From the IMG/VR virus record IMGVR_UViG_3300031992_000039, positions 47,328-111,327 of that record: a DNA stretch of 64,000 bases. One strand, 5' to 3'. The notes under the pieces were generated by a model. It was not told the DNA's origin and did no database searches. It saw only the letters and a list, made by a program, of their open reading frames with translations. Both the position numbers and the translations under genes were made by a program. This DNA comes from a virus (Duplodnaviria > Caudoviricetes). This document shows, piece after piece, positions 38,429 to 46,897 of the stretch. Positions within the stretch are counted from its first letter, which is position 1. Every line of letters begins with the position of its first letter.

Positions 38429-38715
38429 AAGTAAAGTATTTTTACCCAAACGAAGAAGGGGATATTACTTTTACTAAAGAAGAACTGGAAAAATTATTGA
38501 ATGATGTATATGATGAAGGTAGGGCTGATGGGCTGAGCGCCGCAAATCCTTGGTATGTTCCTTATATTGTCCAGCCATATCAGCCTATATATTATAATAC
38601 AAATACTAGCCCTAAGATTAATTGGGGCGTATATTGCACAGATGATAATAGTATTGGTAGAATTATTATAGATACAGATAGAAATACCATTAATACAGGA
38701 GATATTACATGCTAA
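38425..38715 (+). CDS. hypothetical protein
   Basis: ATGA-coupled, GAGGAG RBS. Confidence 0.6.
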   Translation: MKVKYFYPNEEGDITFTKEELEKLLNDVYDEGRADGLSAANPWYVPYIVQPYQPIYYNTNTSPKINWGVYCTDDNSIGRIIIDTDRNTINTGDITC

Positions 38716-38927
38716 TAGAAACAACCTTAAAATATCGAGCAGACTCAGAAGTGGCAGCGAAAGATATGATTGAAAACTATCGCGCGCAGGCAAAGGAGAA
38801 AGGGTATATAATTAAAAAGGCAAGTTATACCCGAAAAGATAAAAAGTCAAAGGGAGAAATTATTGATACAAAATTTCTTGTTGAGATAACTCAAACTTTT
38901 GGCGGATTTTGGGAGGATTTAGATTAA
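38709..38927 (+). CDS. hypothetical protein
   Basis: 72 aa, coupled to neighbours. Confidence 0.6.
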   Translation: MLIETTLKYRADSEVAAKDMIENYRAQAKEKGYIIKKASYTRKDKKSKGEIIDTKFLVEITQTFGGFWEDLD

Positions 38928-39823
38928 TGGCAAATATAACTAAAGAGCAAATTGAAAACTTAAAAGCTTCGCTTCAAGGAATCGTAGAATCAGAAGAAAA
39001 CGGCGAAATGCTTGATAGCATTATTAGTTTATTAAGTTTGCCGGAAGACCAATTTATGATTCTCGCGCCAGGCATTATGCAGTCCTTTCAACAGTCTCTT
39101 AATAATCCTAATGATAAAATTGCTTTAGTGCAAGCGATAAATGCCCATGGTATGAAGGCAGAGGATATAACTGGTCTTTTTGAAGAAATTGAAGCTTCTA
39201 TAGACGATGCGGCCCTATCCGTACAAAAGAGAGACTTTCTAAAAGAGATGATGGTAAGTATCATTAACGCTCTTAATGATACAGAAGGCATTTCTAAGCG
39301 TATGGTAGGTGTAGCTATTGAACTTTGCGATGAAAATGCAAAGATCCCTCAATATGCCCACACAACTGATAGCGGTATGGATTTGTATGCTATTGAAGAT
39401 ATTACTATCCATCCTGGCGAAACTAAATTAGTTCATACTGGTGTAAAGATCGCCCTTCCAGTAGGTTATGAGCTTCAAGTCCGCCCCAAAAGTGGACGAA
39501 CTCTTGGGTCTAAGATGAGAGTCGGTAATAGCCCTGGAACCATAGATCAGGGCTACCGTGACGAGATTCGTGTTATAATTGATAATATTGAGCCCCCCAT
39601 TAAAAATGTTACTGCTGAGCCAGTATTTAATGAAGACGGAACAATTAAGTATATGAATATTACTTCAATTGAGTATGGAAGTGATATGCATATTGGTAAG
39701 GGCGAAAAGTTCGCGCAGCTAGTTCTCGCGGAAGTCCCTAAGGTTGCTTTTTATCGGGTTGATAGCGTAAAAGATATTGGTGAAGATAGAAATGGGGGAT
39801 TCGGTTCTACTGGTCTAGTCTAA
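38927..39823 (+). CDS. dut: trimeric dUTPase with N-terminal helical extension
   Basis: SGMDL, RPKSG, GTIDQGYR, AQLV, RNGGFGSTG. Confidence 0.9.
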   Translation: MANITKEQIENLKASLQGIVESEENGEMLDSIISLLSLPEDQFMILAPGIMQSFQQSLNNPNDKIALVQAINAHGMKAEDITGLFEEIEASIDDAALSVQKRDFLKEMMVSIINALNDTEGISKRMVGVAIELCDENAKIPQYAHTTDSGMDLYAIEDITIHPGETKLVHTGVKIALPVGYELQVRPKSGRTLGSKMRVGNSPGTIDQGYRDEIRVIIDNIEPPIKNVTAEPVFNEDGTIKYMNITSIEYGSDMHIGKGEKFAQLVLAEVPKVAFYRVDSVKDIGEDRNGGFGSTGLV

Positions 39824-40549
39824 ATGTCACGAATAAATATAAGTTTAATAAAGGAAGAGTTAAAACCCGATAATTGGGAAGTTATTTCTACTGAATACAA
39901 AAACTTATCAACCGAAATGGAATTTAAGTGTCCAGAAGGACACGCAGTATTCACCACTTGGGAAAAAATGCGAAAACGGCGCGAATGTCCTATTTGCAAA
40001 CAAAATTCTTTAAAAGAAAATAAACCAATTATAATTGAAAAAAAGAAAGGCATCTCACGCGTGATCGCCCTTGACCAATCAACGCATCGAACTGGATACG
40101 CAATTTTAGATAACGCCCGGCTTATAAGATATGGGGTTTTTGAGGCTCATGCAGATAATGAGGTCGCGCGCCTTCACGCAGTAAAGACTTGGCTTATCTC
40201 AATGATTGAGAATTTAAAGCCTGACTTAGTGGGGATTGAAGGCATCCAATATCAACAAAATGTTAGTATGGGAATTACAACCTTTCAAACTCTCGCGCGA
40301 CTTCAGGGAGTTTTATTAGATACTCTTTATGAACAAAAAATCCCTTATAAGATCTGTGCTACAAATACCTGGCGCAATTATTGCGGGGTAAAAGGAAAAA
40401 GTCGTGCGGATAAAAAACGGTCGATGCAGCTTTTAGTTAAGAATTGGTTTGATATTACCGTTTCTGATGATGAGGCAGATGCGATAGGAATCGGTAAATA
40501 TTGCGCGGACACCTTTAAATCGCAAGTAGAGATAGTCTCTTGGGAATAA
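39824..40549 (+). CDS. RuvC-like Holliday junction resolvase with N-terminal Zn ribbon
   Basis: CPEGH...CPIC; ALDQST..TG, IEG, DDEADAIGI. Confidence 0.82.
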   Translation: MSRINISLIKEELKPDNWEVISTEYKNLSTEMEFKCPEGHAVFTTWEKMRKRRECPICKQNSLKENKPIIIEKKKGISRVIALDQSTHRTGYAILDNARLIRYGVFEAHADNEVARLHAVKTWLISMIENLKPDLVGIEGIQYQQNVSMGITTFQTLARLQGVLLDTLYEQKIPYKICATNTWRNYCGVKGKSRADKKRSMQLLVKNWFDITVSDDEADAIGIGKYCADTFKSQVEIVSWE

Positions 40550-40580
40550 AAAAGACAGAGCAAACAACGCTCTGTCTTTT
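40550..40580. terminator. bidirectional terminator between the replication and late arms
   Basis: AAAAGACAGAGC...GCTCTGTCTTTT. Confidence 0.75.
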
Positions 40581-40582
40581 CT

Positions 40583-40891
40583 TTATTTTGTATACATATT
40601 GTGAAGTATTTTTACTTCTGCTACATTATTTATCTGTTGCTCATGTAAATAATCATATAAAAACATCATTTCTGCAGGTGGTTCACCAGTTTTACGCCTA
40701 TATTCCTCAATTATCCCGACTACATTATTGTGTAACATATCCATATGCTTAAGCTCTTCCGAAGAAAGAGTAATAAAGGTACGCGCGATTTCTGGATATT
40801 CGTCTTTATACTTTAACGCGCATTCGGCATATTTTCTTGCATCTGCGACTTCTTCCTCAATCATGCGAGAAAGCTTCTTTATAATTTTCAT
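40583..40891 (-). CDS. ferritin-like four-helix protein
   Basis: EEVADARKY...EELKH ExxH pattern. Confidence 0.6.
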   Translation of the reverse strand: MKIIKKLSRMIEEEVADARKYAECALKYKDEYPEIARTFITLSSEELKHMDMLHNNVVGIIEEYRRKTGEPPAEMMFLYDYLHEQQINNVAEVKILHNMYTK

Positions 40892-40949
40892 AATGCCCTC
40901 CTACCAAAGAAAGGAGAGGGCCTGGCGCACCAGACCCCTTGTCCCTACC

Positions 40950-41540
40950 TTATGCGCCAGTAGCGGCGGTTTGAGAGCCAGAGCCCGCCCAGGCAACCCA
41001 GCGGCCCATCTGACCAAGAATGTACTGAGTTTGATTAGCATTATCAATAGCATTCTGAGCAGTAACGAGCTTCGCCTGAGTATCGCTGAGGCGATCTTGT
41101 AACATTTGAGTTTTAATCTCACAGCAACAAGAAGCCATCTGCGCGGCAAGACCATCAAGTTTAGAACCGAGAATATTGGTCTGGTTGGTGAGTTGCATAC
41201 CAAGGCTATTGAAACCTTGGATCGCATTAATTAAATTAGCATTGTTCTGTGCCATCATTTGAGAGTTCTGATCACTAATTAGCCTAGCAGTTTCATACTG
41301 GCCATTGGCAATAGAGTTCGCGATGGACTGGAACTGAATGGCATTAGTCTGTGCATTCTGACTAGCCTGGAGTTCAGAGCTAGTTACATAATTGCGATCA
41401 TAGCCATTATTACCAAAGAAATTACCACCACCAGCAAGTATTAATAGGGCAAAAACCCAAAAGATACCGCTGCCATTGTTCCACATGTCTCCGCCGTCAC
41501 GGCTTAAGAGAGCAACATCAGAGTTAGAAAGTCCGTCCAT
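40950..41540 (-). CDS. Asn/Gln-rich protein with TM segment and CCC motif
   Basis: IFWVFALLIL, GGGNFFGN, ASCCCEIK coiled coil. Confidence 0.7.
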   Translation of the reverse strand: MDGLSNSDVALLSRDGGDMWNNGSGIFWVFALLILAGGGNFFGNNGYDRNYVTSSELQASQNAQTNAIQFQSIANSIANGQYETARLISDQNSQMMAQNNANLINAIQGFNSLGMQLTNQTNILGSKLDGLAAQMASCCCEIKTQMLQDRLSDTQAKLVTAQNAIDNANQTQYILGQMGRWVAWAGSGSQTAATGA

Positions 41541-41567
41541 TTTGTAAAGCCTCCAGTTATTTTATAT

Positions 41568-41837
41568 TTATAGCGCTTTAAACTGTTGGTATAAAGCGTT
41601 TAAATCAACACCTTTTTGCTTCGCTAAATTAGATACTAATGAGCGAATATCTCCATTATTAGAACCGAGAAGATTTACTAAGCTACCAAATTGGGGATTC
41701 TGGTTCGCTAGAGTCTGTAACATCTGCATGGGGTTCTGATTTGGATCCAACGTACTCATCAACTGCCGAGCTTGCTGAATTTGAGGTGCTAGCTGGTTCA
41801 TCATTGGATTTGTTCCAAATATATTGCTGTTGTCCAT
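41568..41837 (-). CDS. Gln/Asn-rich small protein
   Basis: NPMQMLQ...LAKQKGVDL; AGGAGG RBS. Confidence 0.65.
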   Translation of the reverse strand: MDNSNIFGTNPMMNQLAPQIQQARQLMSTLDPNQNPMQMLQTLANQNPQFGSLVNLLGSNNGDIRSLVSNLAKQKGVDLNALYQQFKAL

Positions 41838-42156
41838 TTATAATCTCCTCCTTAAATTTATTAAATTCCTCAATAGTCACAAACTGCGAATCTTGAGATG
41901 TTGGTTTAATCTCTGTATAACGATAAACTTTTATATTGGGGTAATTGTTATCGTCGGTTATCTTACAGTAAAAAATTGGTTCAGACGAATGAAAAAGAAC
42001 CGTTCTCGTATTTGGCAAAGTCTGAAAAGCATTTACGCTTCCCATGCCATTAACAGAGACCGGTTCTCCACTACGGGAATAAGAAATATTATTCCTGTTT
42101 GGATATATAGGATTCGACTGATAACCACTTAATGTGTTAAAAATCAGATTATCCAT
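41683..42156 (-). CDS. hypothetical protein, first gene of the four-gene cassette
   Basis: VNG...IFYCK.TD...FVTIEEF; ends in TAG, 155-nt overlap with the next gene. Confidence 0.65.
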   Translation of the reverse strand: MDNLIFNTLSGYQSNPIYPNRNNISYSRSGEPVSVNGMGSVNAFQTLPNTRTVLFHSSEPIFYCKITDDNNYPNIKVYRYTEIKPTSQDSQFVTIEEFNKFKEEIINGQQQYIWNKSNDEPASTSNSASSAVDEYVGSKSEPHADVTDSSEPESPIW

Positions 42157-42221
42157 TTTTACCTCAGTCTCTTTGCCCTATTTAAATTTGGGGGGGAAAA
42201 TAGAACAAATTAAAATTAAAA

Positions 42222-43073
42222 TTAGCGAATGTATCTATAAATTTTTATAGCTCCAGTAATAGAATCAGAGCTAGTCTTTAAACATACTGTATCTGCTGGC
42301 CCAATAGGTTCTGTATATAAGAAGATATTTGGGGTCATCGTCACGCCCGCAGCGGGGATATATGAAGGTGGACGAGCACTACTTCCTGTACTACTATAAG
42401 ATACTACTTCTATTTTCCAAGTATATCCTATATTAGTTAATTCGACGTATCCACTGGTAACAGTTGAGTTCTCAATTGTTAAAACCGGAACCATTTTCTC
42501 TGAACCATTGGAAGTTATACCTACTAATAAACTTGTTGACCCAGAACCAGTTTTTGTTAGATCGTCAAAATATATAAGAATCTTATTTACTCTTTCGACT
42601 TGCTCTACGCTACTTGAACCGTGAAGCGAATAAGACATTAAAGAAGTACCTACGGAAGTAATATCTCTTGTGTTAACTAATAGATATCCGCTATTCCATT
42701 GACGAGTATTTAAAACTCTTATTAATTCATTTAATGAGATATCCGTATCATACATAATGTAAGGAGTTCTCGCAGAGGCACTCCCCGGATTTAGGATAAT
42801 GTTTTCTCCGGCAGTTTGTATAGATACTCTTTCTAAAATCGCAGGGATTATATTAGAAAGTGGTTCGCCAGTAGCAAGAGAGCTATTGCTAGAAGGTATA
42901 ATAACTATATCATCCGTAGTTAAATCAGCAATCCCTAAGTCCGATGGAATATATTCTTCTCCATTCCAGATCAATGTTTGGCCATTTTCAGCTATTCGAT
43001 CTGAAATTTTCAAGGCCTTAGATATACCAGAGTCTATAGTGGCACCCGGATAGGCTAATCTATAAATTGCCAT
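42222..43073 (-). CDS. hypothetical beta-rich protein, possibly virion-associated
   Basis: Ser/Thr-rich; AGGAGG RBS and YACTT motif upstream. Confidence 0.55.
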   Translation of the reverse strand: MAIYRLAYPGATIDSGISKALKISDRIAENGQTLIWNGEEYIPSDLGIADLTTDDIVIIPSSNSSLATGEPLSNIIPAILERVSIQTAGENIILNPGSASARTPYIMYDTDISLNELIRVLNTRQWNSGYLLVNTRDITSVGTSLMSYSLHGSSSVEQVERVNKILIYFDDLTKTGSGSTSLLVGITSNGSEKMVPVLTIENSTVTSGYVELTNIGYTWKIEVVSYSSTGSSARPPSYIPAAGVTMTPNIFLYTEPIGPADTVCLKTSSDSITGAIKIYRYIR

Positions 43074-43203
43074 CGAACACCTCCTAGTTTAGAATGGTTT
43101 CATTTTTTCTCATCTATTTTTAAGTGGGGTTTTATGGAAGTTGTTTATAAAAAATTGGTAAAAATTTTAAATTTTGGGTTTTTAAAATTTGGAAATATAA
43201 TAT

Positions 43204-43605
43204 TTATACTTTCCTCCATCCTGCGGGATAGCTTGCGGGCGTGTAGACGTTGGCGGCGATAAGGCTCTCGTAGAGTTCATCCTCCCACCATCCGCACTCA
43301 CCAAGCCCGAAAGCCTCTGCCGCGCTCATGTTCGCCTTGATGTAGCGGTAGCCGTCCTTGTAGGCGATGTCCGTCCAGAGCGATGGTGCGTTGTCGGGGT
43401 TGTTTTCGGCGGTGTCGTAAAGGTCAACCGCCGCCATCTTGATAGTGCCGTTCCAGTTGATTCGTGTGAGATAGCGGATTAAGCCGCCGTCATACTTCAT
43501 CTTCGGGAAAAGCTCAACGCCCTCGCTTGCTTCTTTGTCGGTCAGCGATTCGCTTGCCTTCACGAGCAACTGACGGAGCTTCCTTGCGTGTTCGCGGGTT
43601 ATCAT
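43204..43605 (-). CDS. tail-associated protein with carbohydrate-binding-like aromatic modules
   Basis: PDNAPSLW, YESLIAANVYTPASYPAGW. Confidence 0.6.
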   Translation of the reverse strand: MITREHARKLRQLLVKASESLTDKEASEGVELFPKMKYDGGLIRYLTRINWNGTIKMAAVDLYDTAENNPDNAPSLWTDIAYKDGYRYIKANMSAAEAFGLGECGWWEDELYESLIAANVYTPASYPAGWRKV

Positions 43606-43880
43606 TCAGTCACCCCCGTTATGATGTCGAGGAGTTCCTCTGCGGTAGGTTCGTCAGGTATAGGTTCAAATCCCCATTCCTGCACTATCTCGCCTGACTG
43701 CTCCTCAAAATGCGCCACGGCATAGTAGCCTTCGGGTGCTTCGGGTTCGGGCGTGTAAATCACGGGCAGATATCCCGCCGCTTCATACTGTACGTCCGTT
43801 GGGTTAAAAACCACGCATCCGTCGATGGTAAGACGGCGAGGAGCGAGGAAGAGATTGTTGTTTATAAGTTTGCCGTACAT
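43602..43880 (-). CDS. tail fibre accessory protein (paralog of 45957-46349 N-terminus)
   Basis: MYGKLINN...VFNP...AGY.PV...I.Q.W. Confidence 0.6.
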   Translation of the reverse strand: MYGKLINNNLFLAPRRLTIDGCVVFNPTDVQYEAAGYLPVIYTPEPEAPEGYYAVAHFEEQSGEIVQEWGFEPIPDEPTAEELLDIITGVTE

Positions 43881-43889
43881 ATAACCTCC

Positions 43890-44366
43890 TTACAGTGACT
43901 TTAATCCATAGACCTTCACGGTGTAGTTCCCCGCTCGGCAGAGAGGGCAGGCTGTCGCATGGCATCTGCGTTCTATAACCACATTCGGCTTATTCGTAGA
44001 TATACGGACACCGTATGCTTCCGCAGTTTGCCCGCTACTGCTCGTTAAATCTGCAAAGGACACCGTGGATGTTCCTCTTTGCATAATACTTATGCCGCTA
44101 TTCAGACTTGCGTTAGAGTTGTACCGCCCCCAACTGTTAAATGTTGCTCCCCAATCATTTGCACCAACAACAGGCGTGTCGCAAGTTATAATCGCAATAC
44201 CCCACGCATAGTCGGTATTGCTGATATTGATGCCCGTATCGATTGTCTCTACGGTTGTGTCGGTATAATCTCCAAGAGCGATAGTTGCCTCGCCTATCAA
44301 ATCAAACATATCCAAACCTCCTCCTATAGCCGTCATCAAAGCTCTGCGCCTATCATTCAATTTCAT
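43890..44366 (-). CDS. putative receptor-binding accessory protein
   Basis: RRRALM N-terminus; ATGA-coupled to the fibre gene. Confidence 0.55.
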   Translation of the reverse strand: MKLNDRRRALMTAIGGGLDMFDLIGEATIALGDYTDTTVETIDTGINISNTDYAWGIAIITCDTPVVGANDWGATFNSWGRYNSNASLNSGISIMQRGTSTVSFADLTSSSGQTAEAYGVRISTNKPNVVIERRCHATACPLCRAGNYTVKVYGLKSL

Positions 44367-45739
44367 CTGCTCACCGCCCAACTCTGCGCTACGGCATACC
44401 CGTCACGAACGGATACCTCGTAACGCTTATTCGCTTCGATGGTCAGTGTGTCGGGAAACACAACGCCAGAAGGGAATGTTACGGTCGGAGCGGTCGAGCC
44501 TGTGGTAAAAATAATCACATACTCCCTCGCGCCCGTTGCCTGTGTGAGCGTAAGCGAGGTCAGCGCACCCGTGAAGGTGTAGATGGTGTTATCAGCGCAC
44601 TCCTGCGTGACCGCTCCCGCATCCGAAACCGTGACCTCTGTCTGCGCCAGATTGGTCTCCGTTATCGTACCGGTGTACCTAGTTCCATAGTTCATTGTGA
44701 TTTGGTAAAGTATACCATCTTTTATACAGTGTAAATCAAGCTGACCAGTAGTACCTGAGCCTTGAGAATCAATCTCAAACACCCTACCATCTGGCTCAAA
44801 TCCATTGTTTCCATCGGAAACAACTGTGCCGAAAAGGACCTTCCGATTCGATACGACCATGCCGCGAATCCACTCTGGGCCTAGATCACCATCTGGTATC
44901 ATAACCGTGTTTTGATTCGATAATACTATAGGGATAGCCACAGCTTCGGTACTGTTCAAGAGGGTCTCGAAAGCCAAAGTATCGGTGAGACCTAAATATG
45001 TATCATCGAGGTCAACATAGCCCGTCCGTCCATTGACACTCTTCACAGGAGCCTCGTGGTCTATACTCAACACATGATAGTATGTCGAGTAGATGAATGT
45101 GACGGTGTCGTCCGCTTTGATAACTCCATTGGTGATAGGCAAGCCGCGATAGTAGATAGCTTTCGCGCCAGTGGACGATATGTTCAGCGTGGCACCGGCT
45201 GGAACATCCCTATTGAACTTAATAGCGACAATGCCGCCCTCGCTAAGCTCATACTTTATTATAGTCGCCTCCGATGCGGCGTACGTGTCACACGTCGCAT
45301 AGCCAAAACCGAGCTCGGCTGGCGTATTTTTTAGGTCAATTACTTGAATAGAGGCGGCATTGTTGGCGACTATATGATACAGCACATACAGTTTGGCATG
45401 GTTAGTAGAATAACCATGCGCACTCCATATCAAGATCGCACCTCCAGACAGCACAGAGCTCAGATGAGCAATAGTATATCCAGAGTCAACATCAACTAAA
45501 GCGGCTTCGACTGATTTTCCAGATTGCATTGCTGTAAAGATTTCATTAGCTGTCTTGTTGCAAGTGCAAGTATTCGTATCCAGATTAACAGTATATACTA
45601 CTCGATAAATATCAAAGTCAGCTGCGGTCAGCGTCACGTTGCCCGTTTTACCATTGACAGAATTGACAGAGCCTCCTCCTCCTCCGCCTCCCTTTTTTAA
45701 AGCGGCCAAGGCCAAAATTTTAGCTAATCCTTCTTCCAT
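44363..45739 (-). CDS. tail fibre-like modular protein
   Basis: Gly linker, two V.SVNG.TG.V.L repeats, C-terminal module shared with 46888-48513. Confidence 0.65.
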   Translation of the reverse strand: MEEGLAKILALAALKKGGGGGGGSVNSVNGKTGNVTLTAADFDIYRVVYTVNLDTNTCTCNKTANEIFTAMQSGKSVEAALVDVDSGYTIAHLSSVLSGGAILIWSAHGYSTNHAKLYVLYHIVANNAASIQVIDLKNTPAELGFGYATCDTYAASEATIIKYELSEGGIVAIKFNRDVPAGATLNISSTGAKAIYYRGLPITNGVIKADDTVTFIYSTYYHVLSIDHEAPVKSVNGRTGYVDLDDTYLGLTDTLAFETLLNSTEAVAIPIVLSNQNTVMIPDGDLGPEWIRGMVVSNRKVLFGTVVSDGNNGFEPDGRVFEIDSQGSGTTGQLDLHCIKDGILYQITMNYGTRYTGTITETNLAQTEVTVSDAGAVTQECADNTIYTFTGALTSLTLTQATGAREYVIIFTTGSTAPTVTFPSGVVFPDTLTIEANKRYEVSVRDGYAVAQSWAVSR

Positions 45740-45945
45740 TAAGACCACTCCCAAGAACCATCAGATTTTAAGACGCCAATTTCAAGTTTAGCCGTATAGA
45801 CTAAACTCCCCATAGTGAGCTCATCTATACCCAGCTCTTCCGCCAAATCAACGCTAGAACTAGGAACCTCATCCTTTGTATCTGAGTACAGGACATAAAT
45901 TTTTCTGTCTACCGTTTGGCTATCAATACTTATAATTTTTATCAT
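45739..45945 (-). CDS. hypothetical protein
   Basis: 68 aa, TAATG-coupled. Confidence 0.6.
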   Translation of the reverse strand: MIKIISIDSQTVDRKIYVLYSDTKDEVPSSSVDLAEELGIDELTMGSLVYTAKLEIGVLKSDGSWEWS

Positions 45946-45956
45946 TTAATCCTCCA

Positions 45957-46349
45957 TCATACCTCTTCAAAATAATCCCTCCAATCGATTCCTGTAATAG
46001 GCCGCTTATTCCAAGCAGCAGAATGGGCGACCTTTACGCGAAAAATACGCCCTTCGACCACACATTCATCCCCTACATCAAAACGCTTTCCTTGCCAAAC
46101 ATCCCAAGTCGATCGACCGGAATTTTGAAGTAACGGCTTTATTATCCATTTTTGAGTAATTGATGTATCATTTTCCTCCCAATAGGGTTCTGCGCAATAC
46201 CCATCCTCTATATTTACTGATTCTATATATACGGGCTTATATCCTGCTTCTTCAAGTAATTCCTCACATGGATTAAATACTGCTCGTCCCCCTACTCTTA
46301 TCACCTTTTTAGCAACTTCTAGCCTTCCATTTATTATCTTTCCATACAT
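45957..46349 (-). CDS. tail fibre accessory protein with C-terminal carbohydrate-binding-like module
   Basis: MYGKIING...VFNP...AGYKPV; W..G..F.VGD...H...W..P. Confidence 0.6.
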   Translation of the reverse strand: MYGKIINGRLEVAKKVIRVGGRAVFNPCEELLEEAGYKPVYIESVNIEDGYCAEPYWEENDTSITQKWIIKPLLQNSGRSTWDVWQGKRFDVGDECVVEGRIFRVKVAHSAAWNKRPITGIDWRDYFEEV

Positions 46350-46897
46350 TATTCCTTTTCTCCCAAATCATATACATTAAATCTTTTTATTCTACAAGAA
46401 CCACCGCTCGGAGAATTCAGAAATATCTTATATACAAAATAATAATTATCCAACCCTGTGCTTGTACTACCACCAGAGTAAGCGTCGTAATCACTTATAA
46501 AGGTATCTGAAATATGTAAATTAAAGTTATTGGATTCATCAGAACTCAAATCCCTATATTTAACTCTTATACCATAACTTGGGTCAGGATAACTATAAAT
46601 ACCCAAAGAAATGATCAACTTTGCATTGTTCGCCGCCGTGTCTATCCATTCTAAATCTGCGTCAACTTTCAACTTATGACCTTTTAATTCCCCAAAGGTA
46701 CTAAATTCGGTTGGGTCTCCCGTAGCTTGAGCAAATAAGAACCACGTCGCACTTCCACTAGAAGTAAATAAAAGCCCATCGCTATCTTTAGTAATCGTCC
46801 CCGTATTGTACGAATAGGTTAAATTCACACCATCGAATAACTTCTTTCCAGAGAAACTCGCGCCCACTAATGCTCTATGAGTATATTCTAATCCCAT
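46349..46897 (-). CDS. putative receptor-binding accessory protein
   Basis: HRALV N-terminus; same position as 43890-44366 in the parallel cassette. Confidence 0.55.
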   Translation of the reverse strand: MGLEYTHRALVGASFSGKKLFDGVNLTYSYNTGTITKDSDGLLFTSSGSATWFLFAQATGDPTEFSTFGELKGHKLKVDADLEWIDTAANNAKLIISLGIYSYPDPSYGIRVKYRDLSSDESNNFNLHISDTFISDYDAYSGGSTSTGLDNYYFVYKIFLNSPSGGSCRIKRFNVYDLGEKE

